Shown here: positions 25,586 through 35,466 of the stretch, in pieces
Numbering within the stretch: the stretch's first letter is position 1
Layout of the letters: every line of letters starts with the position of its first letter
Source: an uncultured Roseivirgaceae bacterium
Lineage (GTDB): Bacteria > Bacteroidota > Bacteroidia > Cytophagales > Cyclobacteriaceae
Assembly (NCBI GenBank): GCA_964591785.1
Contig: CAZQDI010000002.1
Span: 443-64,442 of the forward strand
DNA length: 64,000 bases
Direction of reading: 5' to 3'
The notes under the pieces: generated by a model
Told to the model about the DNA's origin: nothing
What the model saw: the letters and a program-made list of their open reading frames with translations, nothing else
The model's database searches: none
Made by a program: the position numbers and the translations under genes

Positions 25586-27897
25586 TGTTTTTGTTTTATT
25601 TCTTCAAGTTGCTTTCCTGTCAATTCTTGCAATTCTCTATCGTTACGAACAATGCCATCCAATAATTTTTCATTGGAGGTCTTTATTTCATCAATGAGTT
25701 TATCAAAGTGATACGGAGTGCCATTCGTATGATTGGGACCATCGTCTGCAGAGAATAAGTCCAGAACAGGATTCTTTTTATACCAATTTGCAATATCCAT
25801 CATCCAATAGGGGTTTTCAGGATTAATATTTTCGGGCTCGATAGGTCGGGCAATGTGTACGATCAGCACCACCATCACAATCAAACTGATATTTAGGAAA
25901 CCACCGGGCAATTCTTCTTCCGAGCATTTTTCAAACCCATCGCAATTGGATTTATCATTCACCTTATGAAGCCAATACAGCATAATGATCACCAAAATCG
26001 TAAAAAGAAATGCAAAAAGACCGATCCGCTGACTATCAACCAGGTAGGACCTGAAGATTACCTGTGCTCGCTGGAATCGCTCTTGGTACTGTTGTGCTTT
26101 AAGTGAGGCCAGGTATTTGATTCTTGGCTTTGCTACGGGGCGGCCGTTTTTGTCTTTTCCTAACATTTCATTGAAGAGTTCATCCAACTTCGAGGCAGCG
26201 TTCTTAGTCTGAAGTTCAGCTGCCTTCCATTCAGTAATCCCTGATAAGTGTTTGTTCAGCTTCTTTTTGATTGTGTCAAGTTTATAAGTCAGCTCATCGT
26301 TGATAAATTGAATACTATCCACGTATTGATATTCACGAAGGTATTTTAAGGCCTTTTGAGAAGACTGCATCTCCTTCTTGTAGTGCTTTAGGGTATTAGT
26401 ATAATAGTTGATCGGGTGAAAGAAATCCTGATATTTTTTTAGGCTATCGGGATGCATCGACGCTAAATGCGTTTTAATGAAGTTGTCTTCTATGTGTCGG
26501 TATACACCCTCATAGAATTCATTGATTGCAGTTTGTGACTTTTGCGTCAGCTTCTTCTTCATGTAGTCTTGATAAAAGACATGCCTCACACTCAATGAAT
26601 CCCAATTGGCAACCTCATGATTCTCTTTGTTAGCGCCATTCCGACCAGCTATCAACGAATCAAGCCGTATCGACTGCTCATCGATTACCACTGTCGCAAA
26701 ACTGGAATCCATCACAGTACCCTTCAAATAGCTTGATAATCGGTGGCTGTTTTCCTCGATGGCACTCGCAAGTTTAAATCCCGTTGTGGTGACCTTGTTG
26801 TTCTCGATTAAGGGTTCCTTTAGGCCCTCAATTCTTGTACGATCATCAAGAACAAAAAAGAAAGGATACAACTTGTTTTTGGTGACCTTCTGATGTGCTT
26901 CGTATCTGCTTTCATAGTATTGATAGTTGATCTTCCTTGCGATCCGTTCTATTACGTTGTATTGGGTCAATCCAAGCACTATTGTGACCAAGGCTAAGCC
27001 GAGCGCTAAACTGACTACTCCACCAATGTCTTTCGTTTTCTTTCTTCTTACAATGAGGTAAACCAGTACTCCACAAAGGCCCAATACGGACAATACGATA
27101 GGCCAAAGCCCTTCATAATTTACCATTGGAAAACTTCCAATGCCAAATCCGATCATCACCAAACAAAATCCCAAGCGTCTAAAAATCGGGATTTCTTTAT
27201 TGCTGGAAGCGAAATGGTAACAGAATAGCGCAACTGAGAGGTAAATCAAAAAGGCAATTCCAAGATGCCACATATATTTCGCATTGTAGATCATCCAAGG
27301 TTCAATAAAGGCAGCCATGCATATACCAATTACCAAATGGAGGCTGAAAACGAGAATATGGGCCTTGATGAGTCGTGGATCGTCGTTCCTTTTACCAGGG
27401 TAGATGATTCCACAATGGTATATCAATGCACCGCAACCCAGGAAGGTGTAGTAATAAATAGTATTGGAAATCCGATTTAACCAAGGCTCAAACCCTGACC
27501 CATGAAGGGAAAACTCATCACGAACAAACCAAACAATCGGAAATACATTCAACAAGATCCAAAGAATCAAGAAGTTACGATAATTTGGAAAAATAAAGTT
27601 TTCGACTTTGTATTGACGGATTCTGACTTTTTTATTCCGATGTGTGGAAGGCTTTACCAGTAGGTATTTCTGATACAAATAGGCCCCTCGAAACCACCAA
27701 TAAGAGAGGAAGATCAGTGTTGGAGAAAGAAAGAAAATAATGGAGGAAATCCGTAATGAACGAAAGCTTCCAAGATCCACTATTTCACCCGTTGCGGCAA
27801 GTATGTTTGGGATGATGGTCGAGAATCCACCCCAACCAATAATCAAACCTAAAAGTGTTTGGTTGAAGGACTGTTGTAAGGCCTTTTTCGAGTCCAT
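25582..27897 (-). CDS. hypothetical large membrane protein (about 9 TM + ~330-aa helical/coiled-coil region + TM hairpin)
   Basis: 771-aa ORF with nine hydrophobic helices in aa 14-310. aa 311-650 form a Lys/Tyr/Gln-rich soluble region. Two more TM helices flank CDGFEKC. The tail is acidic. I recognise no family motif. Confidence 0.7.
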   Translation of the reverse strand: MDSKKALQQSFNQTLLGLIIGWGGFSTIIPNILAATGEIVDLGSFRSLRISSIIFFLSPTLIFLSYWWFRGAYLYQKYLLVKPSTHRNKKVRIRQYKVENFIFPNYRNFLILWILLNVFPIVWFVRDEFSLHGSGFEPWLNRISNTIYYYTFLGCGALIYHCGIIYPGKRNDDPRLIKAHILVFSLHLVIGICMAAFIEPWMIYNAKYMWHLGIAFLIYLSVALFCYHFASSNKEIPIFRRLGFCLVMIGFGIGSFPMVNYEGLWPIVLSVLGLCGVLVYLIVRRKKTKDIGGVVSLALGLALVTIVLGLTQYNVIERIARKINYQYYESRYEAHQKVTKNKLYPFFFVLDDRTRIEGLKEPLIENNKVTTTGFKLASAIEENSHRLSSYLKGTVMDSSFATVVIDEQSIRLDSLIAGRNGANKENHEVANWDSLSVRHVFYQDYMKKKLTQKSQTAINEFYEGVYRHIEDNFIKTHLASMHPDSLKKYQDFFHPINYYTNTLKHYKKEMQSSQKALKYLREYQYVDSIQFINDELTYKLDTIKKKLNKHLSGITEWKAAELQTKNAASKLDELFNEMLGKDKNGRPVAKPRIKYLASLKAQQYQERFQRAQVIFRSYLVDSQRIGLFAFLFTILVIIMLYWLHKVNDKSNCDGFEKCSEEELPGGFLNISLIVMVVLIVHIARPIEPENINPENPYWMMDIANWYKKNPVLDLFSADDGPNHTNGTPYHFDKLIDEIKTSNEKLLDGIVRNDRELQELTGKQLEEIKQKQ

Positions 27898-28160
27898 AAA
27901 AAGAGTAGGTTGATTCTGATTTGGAAGTTAGCGTAACAGGTAACTAGAATCCAATACCCACTTTTTGGTATTTTTCTTCACATAATTGAACGAAATAAAG
28001 AAAAAATTAAGTTGATCCAATACACCTCCCTTAAAGGATGATGCTTCTATAGTGACAGTACATGTTCGTGCTCACTACATCCCTCCAATTCTTCGTAGAA
28101 AAGGAAGAGCATCCAGCGCAGCGAAACTACTGCATCTCTTTCCTAATGAATCAAGGGTCT

Positions 28161-30605
28161 TTACTCACTTCTCAATGCCTTGACCGGGTTGGCAATCGCA
28201 GCTAGAAAGGCTTGAATACTTACTGTCCCAAAGACCAACATCATCGTAAGAATCGCAGCACTGCCTATGCTGATTGGTGAAACAGGGACCCGATAGCTGA
28301 AATCGTCCAACCATAAATTTGCAAAGTAAATCACGATAGGAACAGCTACGGTCGTAGCAATTAGTACGAGGAACACAAATCGTTTTGACAAGAGAATGAC
28401 CAACTGGTTGACCGAGGCACCCAGTACTTTTCGTACACCAATTTCTTTTCGCTTCTCCGAAGCAATGAACATGATCAACCCGTAAGAACCCATGCAGGAA
28501 ATAAGGACCGCGACAAAAGCAAAATACCCTACCAACTTTCCAAATTGCTCCTGATCGAGGTAGGCCTGCGCCAGTGCTTCATCCATGTATTGAGGATCAA
28601 AAGTCTCGGTAGGGAATTGCTCATTCCAGACTGCTTCGATTTGATCGAGGCTCTTGGTCAGGTTTTGACCCGTCAGTTTCACGGTAATGTATGCAAATTG
28701 CGGATCAAAAATTTCAAGGATGATCGGCCGCATCGGTTCACTCAAACTGAGGAAGTGAAAATCCTGCACCACTCCCACTACTTTTCCTTCCTTGCCTTCC
28801 AGGTTGATCGTCTTACCCAATGCCGTCTCCACATCTCCAAACTCCCAGGTGCTTACCGCAGTTTCGTTAATAATGAAGGCGGAGGCTGGATCTGTCCCAA
28901 AGGATGGGTCAAAATCCCTACCGGCAAGCAATGGGATTTCGTAGACATCCAGAAAATCAAAGTCTACTGACATTGTTGGAGAAATTACATTATCCTCCGC
29001 AGTATACCCTTCAGGAACGATGTTTCGATTCACCATCCCAAACCCCACAAGACCGGAGGTGAGCGTACTACCCTTGACCGAAGGAAGCTGACCAATGGTG
29101 TTTTCGAAGGTCTCCAGTTTGCTACGTAGTGCTTCATCAACCCCTCCAAATACGGAATTGAAGTTATTGCTTTGAATGGGTGTAGTGATCATCAGCTCCT
29201 TCTGAAAACCCAGGGGTTTAGTGCGCATCAGTCCGAGCTGATCATACACAATTAGCGACCCCGAGATCAACACGATACTGATCATGAATTGGACCACCAT
29301 CAAGCCTTTTCGAAAATTCATGGCGCTTCCGGGATCTGCAATTCCGCCTTTGATGCTATTCAAGATGGCAAACCTCGTCACAAAAAATGCTGGGTAGATG
29401 CCTGCAAGAAAGCTTGTTACCAACATGATCACTACAAACCCTCCGATAATGGAACCTGTCAACAGAATGTTCAAGGTCAGTTCTTTATTGGTTAACGCAT
29501 TGAGTTCAGGTAACAACAAAAGCGTAGCTATAATCGCTAAGATCGAACCGAAGAAAGTAGTCAAAAATGACTCGCCAAGGAATTGGGTGATCAAGTGGTT
29601 GTTCCAGGCTCCCATTACCTTACGCATGCCGATTTCCTTAGCTCGCTGCAGGGATTTGGCTGTGCTTAAATTGACAAAGTTGATGCAGGCAATCAATAGC
29701 GTCAGTGCGCCAATGGCGATGAAGATCCAGAGGAACTGACTGTTTCCGGAAGCTTCGGCTTGTGCGCCTACATCACTGTTTAAGTGAATATCCAACAGTG
29801 GTTGAATTTCGAAGCGTTGTCCTTTGTTTTGATTTTCCGGAATCTTCTCTTTAACAAAAGTCACAAAGCGTTCATTTACGTCGCTTGGATCAACGCCTTC
29901 TTTCAGCAGCACATAGGTGGGCGAATGCGAGACAATGTGGTTCATCTTGAAATTGGCCCGTATCCCCTCCCTCAGTGCGGCTGGCTCCAGGTCGTACATG
30001 TTATCGTACGGAACCAACATATCAAAGTGGATGTGCGAGTTGGATGGGAAGTCTTTCACTACCGCTCGGACAGTAAATGATTGATCTCCCTCCAGTTGGA
30101 TCATCTGATCGATTGGATCGGAGTCCTGAAAATACTTATTGGCTATTTCCTCATTGAGGATGACCGAAAAAGGATGAACCAGGGCTTCTTCCAGCGTGCC
30201 GGAGACCAGTTCAAAATCAAATATTTCAAAAAGCTCTGCATCAGCAAAGTTGACATTTGTCTCTTCAAATCTCAGCTCCTGCCCATGCCCCTCAGCAGTC
30301 ACACTTACACTCACCGATCTGGACCACATCCTGGAGGAACGTTCGACTTCCGGAAAATAATCATTGAGATACTCTTTAAAAATGGGCGGTACTCTGGCGA
30401 TATCAAAGTCACTGATTAAGTATCGTAAACGATAAATCCGCTCCTTCTTACCATGGAAGGTATCGTAGCTCTTTTCGTCGACCACGAACGTTAGTATCAG
30501 CAGTGCACAAGTAAGCCCTGTGGCCAATCCGACAATATTGATCAGGCTGAAGATTTTATTTCGCAGAATGCTGCGATAGGCAATTTTTAAGTAGTTGAAT
30601 AGCAT
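28161..30605 (-). CDS. duplicated FtsX-family (MacB-like) orphan permease, no prefix domain, no adjacent regulator
   Basis: 814 aa starting MLFNYLKIAYRSILRNKIFSLINIVGLATG. Loop motifs RAKEIGMRKVMGA and RKEIGVRKVLGAS. C-terminus AIANPVKALRSE. Confidence 0.85.
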   Translation of the reverse strand: MLFNYLKIAYRSILRNKIFSLINIVGLATGLTCALLILTFVVDEKSYDTFHGKKERIYRLRYLISDFDIARVPPIFKEYLNDYFPEVERSSRMWSRSVSVSVTAEGHGQELRFEETNVNFADAELFEIFDFELVSGTLEEALVHPFSVILNEEIANKYFQDSDPIDQMIQLEGDQSFTVRAVVKDFPSNSHIHFDMLVPYDNMYDLEPAALREGIRANFKMNHIVSHSPTYVLLKEGVDPSDVNERFVTFVKEKIPENQNKGQRFEIQPLLDIHLNSDVGAQAEASGNSQFLWIFIAIGALTLLIACINFVNLSTAKSLQRAKEIGMRKVMGAWNNHLITQFLGESFLTTFFGSILAIIATLLLLPELNALTNKELTLNILLTGSIIGGFVVIMLVTSFLAGIYPAFFVTRFAILNSIKGGIADPGSAMNFRKGLMVVQFMISIVLISGSLIVYDQLGLMRTKPLGFQKELMITTPIQSNNFNSVFGGVDEALRSKLETFENTIGQLPSVKGSTLTSGLVGFGMVNRNIVPEGYTAEDNVISPTMSVDFDFLDVYEIPLLAGRDFDPSFGTDPASAFIINETAVSTWEFGDVETALGKTINLEGKEGKVVGVVQDFHFLSLSEPMRPIILEIFDPQFAYITVKLTGQNLTKSLDQIEAVWNEQFPTETFDPQYMDEALAQAYLDQEQFGKLVGYFAFVAVLISCMGSYGLIMFIASEKRKEIGVRKVLGASVNQLVILLSKRFVFLVLIATTVAVPIVIYFANLWLDDFSYRVPVSPISIGSAAILTMMLVFGTVSIQAFLAAIANPVKALRSE

Positions 30606-30757
30606 GTGAGTTAGTCTTGTCTGTTGTACTAATACGCCAGGCTCTGATCAGTGATCACCAAAAAGTGATAAGTGGTCAAAACAAACAACTGTCAAGCGAT
30701 ACAAACCTACCCGGGTAATGCCTGGTCATCGCGTTTCCCAAAGTGGAAAAATTCTTG

Positions 30758-33700
30758 CTACCTCAACCTGATTTTTTCCGTGTAGCGAGTGCCATCTATA
30801 TTCAAGTGAAGAAAGTATAGGCCGGGAGGAACTGCCGAAATATCTAACTGGATCAAGCCGCTATCCAAACCTTCAAACCGGTCAAGAGTCAGCACTTCAT
30901 CACCCCGAATGGAAAATAGCTTCATCGAACTGCGACCCACTGTGGGCTGTAAGTTGAGCCTTATTTTGAGGGTCTGCCGGCCAGTCGGGTTTGGATAAAC
31001 GATGAGCTCCTCAACAAAGTCCGGCGCTGACAAGACCTCTTCATCTACTACGTCAGTAACCTGCACCTGAATCAATTGGACAGCGGCATCGAAAAATTTT
31101 CTGGCCACGACCTCCAACTCATATAAGTTATCCTGATCGGTATCCACCGGAGTCTCAAAATCAGGTGCACGATTGAATGAAATAAAACCGGCAGCATCGA
31201 TTGAAAACAGCGCTCCATCAGGTCCTTCTAAATGGTAAGTGACACTGTCGATAACCCCTCCAAAACCGTCCACAGCATCCACGTTTAGCACTGGGTCCGT
31301 CACGTTCTCGTCAACCGTCACGCTCCCACCGATGGCAAACTCGCTGATTATGTTATTGAAGTCATCGTTGACGATAAAGAACTTGGTGCCATCCCGACTG
31401 AACACGATTTCTTTTGGATCAACCAATGGTCCTGGCAAGGAAAATTCTTCCATTTCTCCACTGTAAGTCGCAGTGGATAGGTCAAACGCGAGGCCCAGCT
31501 CATAAGCTACGACTTTCTCGTCCACAAAATTATCTAATACAAACACCCGGGTCCCTTCCTCATTGAAAGCAAAGCTCGAAGGACGCGCAAGATGATCAGA
31601 CAATAGCAACTCGGAGAATTCCCCGTTATAGACTGCTGTAGAAACATCAAAGGAGGTGACTAGATCATATTCAAAGATGGCAAAGCTTGTAGAAGTCATA
31701 ATATTTCCAAGCACAAACATCCTCATGCCATCCGGGCTAAAGGCAAGATCCAGCGTGTTTACAGATTGCTCGCTTAAATCAAATCCACTTTCCAAGCCAG
31801 TGTAAGTGGCGGTGGATACATCAAATGGAGTTGCCAGCTCGTACACATCGAGTCCATATCCAAGATTACTGATAATGAACAACCTACTTCCTTCACGATC
31901 AAATGCCAGGCCCTGGGGAGACTCTGTTTCTTCACCCACTCGCAGTTCTTCTGCCCGTCCATTGTAAGTAGCAGTTGAGACGTCAAAAGCAACCCCCAAA
32001 TCATATTCAATCACCGAATGATTCTCATCTCCAATGACGAACATCCGAGTTCCATCATTGCTAAAAACAAGTCCAGTCGGCATCCGTTCCTGAATTGCCA
32101 CGGTAAACTCCTTTCCATCGCCATTGTATATGGCTGTGGAAACATCAAAGGAAATTCCCAGGTCAACAAAGACCGGCATATCCGGCTCATTCACTACTCG
32201 TATTTGTAAGTTTTGGTACACCGATTCAAAGGAGTTGGATGCCCTTATTCTAACATCATACACATTATCATGATCTGCATCCTGGGGTATTTCATAATTG
32301 GGAGCGAAAAGAAAAGTGAGCCGACCAACAGAATCAATGTTAAAATACGGAGCGTCAATTCCTTCCAGTCCATAAGTTAATCCAACATCAACAGTTCCCC
32401 CCGGCGAATCGATTGCCTCGATGTCAAGGATCGAATCAACCGAATTTTCGGAAAAATCAACCACAGCCCCAATGGTGTACTCAAGAACCGATTTCTGTTG
32501 AGAACCGACAACAAACAACTTCAGGCCCTGAGCATCAAATGCCAAATCATAAGGCCCTGTTTCTTCCGCAGAGATATCCAAATCCTCCAACTTTCCATTG
32601 TAAAAGGCAGTAGAAACATCGAAGGGAATTTCCAACAGATATTCTTCCACTACTTCTGAACTTTTCATGACGAACATTTTCGACCCGGTATTATCAAAGA
32701 CAAAGCCTCTTCCTGACACCTTGAAATTTTCTGCGTCCCCGTTGTAAGAAGCGGTAGAAACGTCAAAGGCCGAACTCAAGTCATACTCAAAAATCAAGCC
32801 CCCTCCGAAAACAAACATTCTGGTACCCATTTCACTGAATTCTATTCCTGAAGGATTGCTCACTTGATTTGAAACAGAAAATGCCTCGATTTCTCCATTA
32901 TAAACGGCAGTTGAAAGATCGTAAGCAGTAGCCAGATTGAATTCCAAAACATTTTCGTCACCCGTCTCCAAAACAAACATCTTCGTACCATCCTCATTGA
33001 ATGTAAAATCAGTGGCTCGTTCCACGAAGTCCCTGACCGAAAACAGCTTGTCGGGCCCGGCAAACGAAGCAGTAGACACATCAAATGCCGATTTTAGAGA
33101 ATAGGTCAGAACTTCCTGAAAGGTACTTAAGGTAAACATTTGAAGACCATCCGGGCTGAATTCGAGTCCGTCAGGAATGATGACCAGTTGGCTGATGGAA
33201 AAACCCTCTTCATCTCCATTATATACTGCGGCAGAGACATCGAATGATTCACCAAAGATGTTGGTAATTATTGGAGTATCCTGAAGGTCTTCGATTTCGA
33301 TCTTCAGCTTCTTTCCGGACTGGTTGTTTCCATCTGATGCCACTACGCCAACCTCATAAGCATTGTCTTGATTGTCATCTTGAGGGTTTTCAAAATCAGG
33401 AGCGTTCTTAAAATAAATAGCGCCGGAGTCATTTACCGTGAAAAGCATTGCATCAGGTCCTTCCAATTGGTAAGTCACACTCATGTCTGGTACCCCACCT
33501 CCCGAACCATCATGGGCATCTACATCAATTACAATAGCCGTGCTGTTTTCTTGAAACGAAATGGTGTGAGCCAAGGCAAACTCTACCACAGATCTGTTTC
33601 CGGAACCTACCAAAAAAATTTTTGTTCCTTGATCGTCAAAGGCGAATGCCAGTGGCTGACCTTCCCGGTCTTTTACAGAAAACTCGTGAGTGAACCCACC

Positions 33701-35275
33701 ATAAGAGGCAGTTGAGACATCGTATGGAGTGGCTAGTTCATATTCGATCAACACATCTCTGTTTCTATCCAGCACAAACATTTTCGTCCCGTCCCCATTA
33801 AATGACAGGTCTTCCGATTGAACGGACTGCCTGAGGATTGAATACTCCTCAGCAGAGCCTGAATAGGCCGCCGTGGATACATCAAATGCAACACTCAGAC
33901 TGTATTCAATTACCGCGTCGTCAAAGTTGCCTCCTTCAAGCACCACCAGCTTGAGACCATCTTGGCTAAAGGCTAAGGATTGGGGAAACTGAATTTCATT
34001 AGTCAGAGAGAACTCCTCTTCAGGCCCATTAAATGTAGCACTGGACACATCAAATGGGACATCCAGATCAAATTCAGCAATCGAGTTGTTAGTTCGTGAT
34101 AGGATGAACAACCTGCTGCCATCTCCATTGAACTCCAGATCAAGTGGATTGATGCCTACAGGTGCAAGTGCCAGCTTTTCAGGTTCATCGAATGTAGCAG
34201 TAGAAACATCAAATGGAACCATCAACACGTACTCAAGAACTGCATCCCTGCCAGGTCCTAAGATGTACATCTTCTCACCATTTGGACTGAATGTAATGCC
34301 TGTCGGAAAGCTTTCCTGGGAAGAAATGGTAAAATCTTCAAAAGGACCGGTATGAGAAGCCGTCGATACGTCAAAAGCACTATTCAAATCATATTCAATC
34401 ACTGCATCTCTTAGAGACCCAACTAAAAACAATTTTGTGCCGCTGGGATCGAACGCTATACCCTCCGGATTTGATTCTTGAGTTAAAACCGTAAGGGACT
34501 CTTCCGAACCAATAAACACAGCCGTAGAAAGATCAAAAGCATTACTCAAATGGTATTCAGAGACCGCCGGGTTAAAAGCCCCCACGATAAACATCTTCGA
34601 ACCTATGTCATTGAAAGTGATGTCCGTGGGTGCAAACTGGTGGCTGATGATCGAGTACGCACCTGCATCCTCGTTGTAGACAGCGGTTGAAACATCGAAC
34701 CCGATCGCTAAGTCATAGGAAACAACCGCATCTTTGCCGGAACCTACCACAAACATGCGAGTACCGTCCGGGTTGAATGCAAGTCCGGTCGGGGTCGATT
34801 CTTGCTGAGAGACTGAAAATTGTTCTTCAACACCATTGAATGTGGCAGTGGACACATCATATGCAATTGCTAAATCATATTCTATGACTGCATCCTTTTG
34901 CGAGTCGATCACGAAGAGTCTAGTGCCCTCCGCATTGAATGCAAGACCTTCCGGTGCAAAGAGGGATAAGTCAAGCTCTTCCTCCTGGCCATTGTAGGAA
35001 GCGGTAGAAACATCAAATGCAACCGCTAGATCGTACTCTGCCACGACTGACCTGCCCACTCCTATCACAAACATACGTGTTCCATCGGCATTAAAAACTA
35101 ATCCATTTGCTACAGTCACTTGATCAAATACCGAATACTCTTCGTCACTTCCAGCATAAGAAAAGGCGGAAAGCTCATAAAAATTTGTATCGGGAGCCGG
35201 TGATGTGAAGATCGGTTCCTGAGCAAAACCGAAGATCCCGTAAAACAGGAGTAGTGCCATCAACCATGCTTTCAT
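30758..35275 (-). CDS. giant T9SS-secreted repeat protein (FDVSTA-repeat propeller-like blocks + 3 cadherin-like domains + CTD)
   Basis: The ORF-track start at 35437 is TTG. The ATG at 35275 gives signal peptide MKAWLMALLLFYGIFGFAQ. Cadherin-like segments lie at about 33284-33565, 32189-32467 and 31052-31327 (Y.LEG.DA..F.ID..G...F..APDFE.P.D.D.DN.Y). The C-terminal VYPNPTGRQTLKIRL...GLYFLHLNIDGTRYTEKIRLR is a T9SS sorting domain (about 30761-31006). Confidence 0.85.
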   Translation of the reverse strand: MKAWLMALLLFYGIFGFAQEPIFTSPAPDTNFYELSAFSYAGSDEEYSVFDQVTVANGLVFNADGTRMFVIGVGRSVVAEYDLAVAFDVSTASYNGQEEELDLSLFAPEGLAFNAEGTRLFVIDSQKDAVIEYDLAIAYDVSTATFNGVEEQFSVSQQESTPTGLAFNPDGTRMFVVGSGKDAVVSYDLAIGFDVSTAVYNEDAGAYSIISHQFAPTDITFNDIGSKMFIVGAFNPAVSEYHLSNAFDLSTAVFIGSEESLTVLTQESNPEGIAFDPSGTKLFLVGSLRDAVIEYDLNSAFDVSTASHTGPFEDFTISSQESFPTGITFSPNGEKMYILGPGRDAVLEYVLMVPFDVSTATFDEPEKLALAPVGINPLDLEFNGDGSRLFILSRTNNSIAEFDLDVPFDVSSATFNGPEEEFSLTNEIQFPQSLAFSQDGLKLVVLEGGNFDDAVIEYSLSVAFDVSTAAYSGSAEEYSILRQSVQSEDLSFNGDGTKMFVLDRNRDVLIEYELATPYDVSTASYGGFTHEFSVKDREGQPLAFAFDDQGTKIFLVGSGNRSVVEFALAHTISFQENSTAIVIDVDAHDGSGGGVPDMSVTYQLEGPDAMLFTVNDSGAIYFKNAPDFENPQDDNQDNAYEVGVVASDGNNQSGKKLKIEIEDLQDTPIITNIFGESFDVSAAVYNGDEEGFSISQLVIIPDGLEFSPDGLQMFTLSTFQEVLTYSLKSAFDVSTASFAGPDKLFSVRDFVERATDFTFNEDGTKMFVLETGDENVLEFNLATAYDLSTAVYNGEIEAFSVSNQVSNPSGIEFSEMGTRMFVFGGGLIFEYDLSSAFDVSTASYNGDAENFKVSGRGFVFDNTGSKMFVMKSSEVVEEYLLEIPFDVSTAFYNGKLEDLDISAEETGPYDLAFDAQGLKLFVVGSQQKSVLEYTIGAVVDFSENSVDSILDIEAIDSPGGTVDVGLTYGLEGIDAPYFNIDSVGRLTFLFAPNYEIPQDADHDNVYDVRIRASNSFESVYQNLQIRVVNEPDMPVFVDLGISFDVSTAIYNGDGKEFTVAIQERMPTGLVFSNDGTRMFVIGDENHSVIEYDLGVAFDVSTATYNGRAEELRVGEETESPQGLAFDREGSRLFIISNLGYGLDVYELATPFDVSTATYTGLESGFDLSEQSVNTLDLAFSPDGMRMFVLGNIMTSTSFAIFEYDLVTSFDVSTAVYNGEFSELLLSDHLARPSSFAFNEEGTRVFVLDNFVDEKVVAYELGLAFDLSTATYSGEMEEFSLPGPLVDPKEIVFSRDGTKFFIVNDDFNNIISEFAIGGSVTVDENVTDPVLNVDAVDGFGGVIDSVTYHLEGPDGALFSIDAAGFISFNRAPDFETPVDTDQDNLYELEVVARKFFDAAVQLIQVQVTDVVDEEVLSAPDFVEELIVYPNPTGRQTLKIRLNLQPTVGRSSMKLFSIRGDEVLTLDRFEGLDSGLIQLDISAVPPGLYFLHLNIDGTRYTEKIRLR
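31328..35185 (-). repeat. 19 tandem ~54-aa protein repeats (FD[VL]S[TSA]A..Y.G..E.F) in blocks of 9, 5 and 5
   Basis: I counted the repeats in the translation. The motif starts near aa 141, 193, 247, 301, 355, 409, 462, 518 and 572; then 732, 785, 839, 891 and 939; then 1097, 1151, 1205, 1263 and 1318 (ORF-track numbering). The copies are divergent at nucleotide level. Confidence 0.8.
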
Positions 35276-35454
35276 GTTCTTTCTAGTTGGCGAGTAATAG
35301 GTCATTTCAGGAAGTGTCATTGCGATTTGGCTCCAAGTTAAATTCTTTGCTCGACATCGTTCCAAGTGTTGGCAAAAAATGGGTTCGTTTCTCCGGCGAC
35401 TCCACCTACCTGCATACATTCTGAAGATTTGCGCCAAAATTTCAATCCGAGTCC

Positions 35455-35462
35455 TAATTTTG
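35455..35462 (+). promoter_or_regulatory. Bacteroidota-type -7 promoter box (TAnnTTTG) upstream of greB
   Basis: TAATTTTG at 35455-35462, with a TTTG at 35428-35431 as a possible -33 element. The only viable greB start (GTG at 35467) lies 4 nt downstream. Confidence 0.3.
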
Positions 35463-35466
35463 CCGG

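Noticed and set aside
31052-33565. The three cadherin-like segments or the FDVSTA repeats of the giant gene as substrates for recombinational (antigenic or phase) variation.
   Set aside because: The copies are only about half identical at the protein level. I could find no long identical nucleotide stretches by eye, and no recombinase is nearby.
35276-35437. N-terminal extensions suggested by the ORF track for several genes (35276-35437, 41853-41876, 46402-46419, 8314-8352, 22326-22358, 52792-52821, 13663-13707).
   Set aside because: Most of the upstream starts are TTG or GTG (13707 is an ATG). In five of them (35275, 41852, 46401, 8353/8374, 13662) a downstream ATG begins a canonical signal peptide or lipobox, and at 22325 and 52791 I simply preferred the first ATG. 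The extension of the giant protein would also eat most of the greB divergent promoter region.
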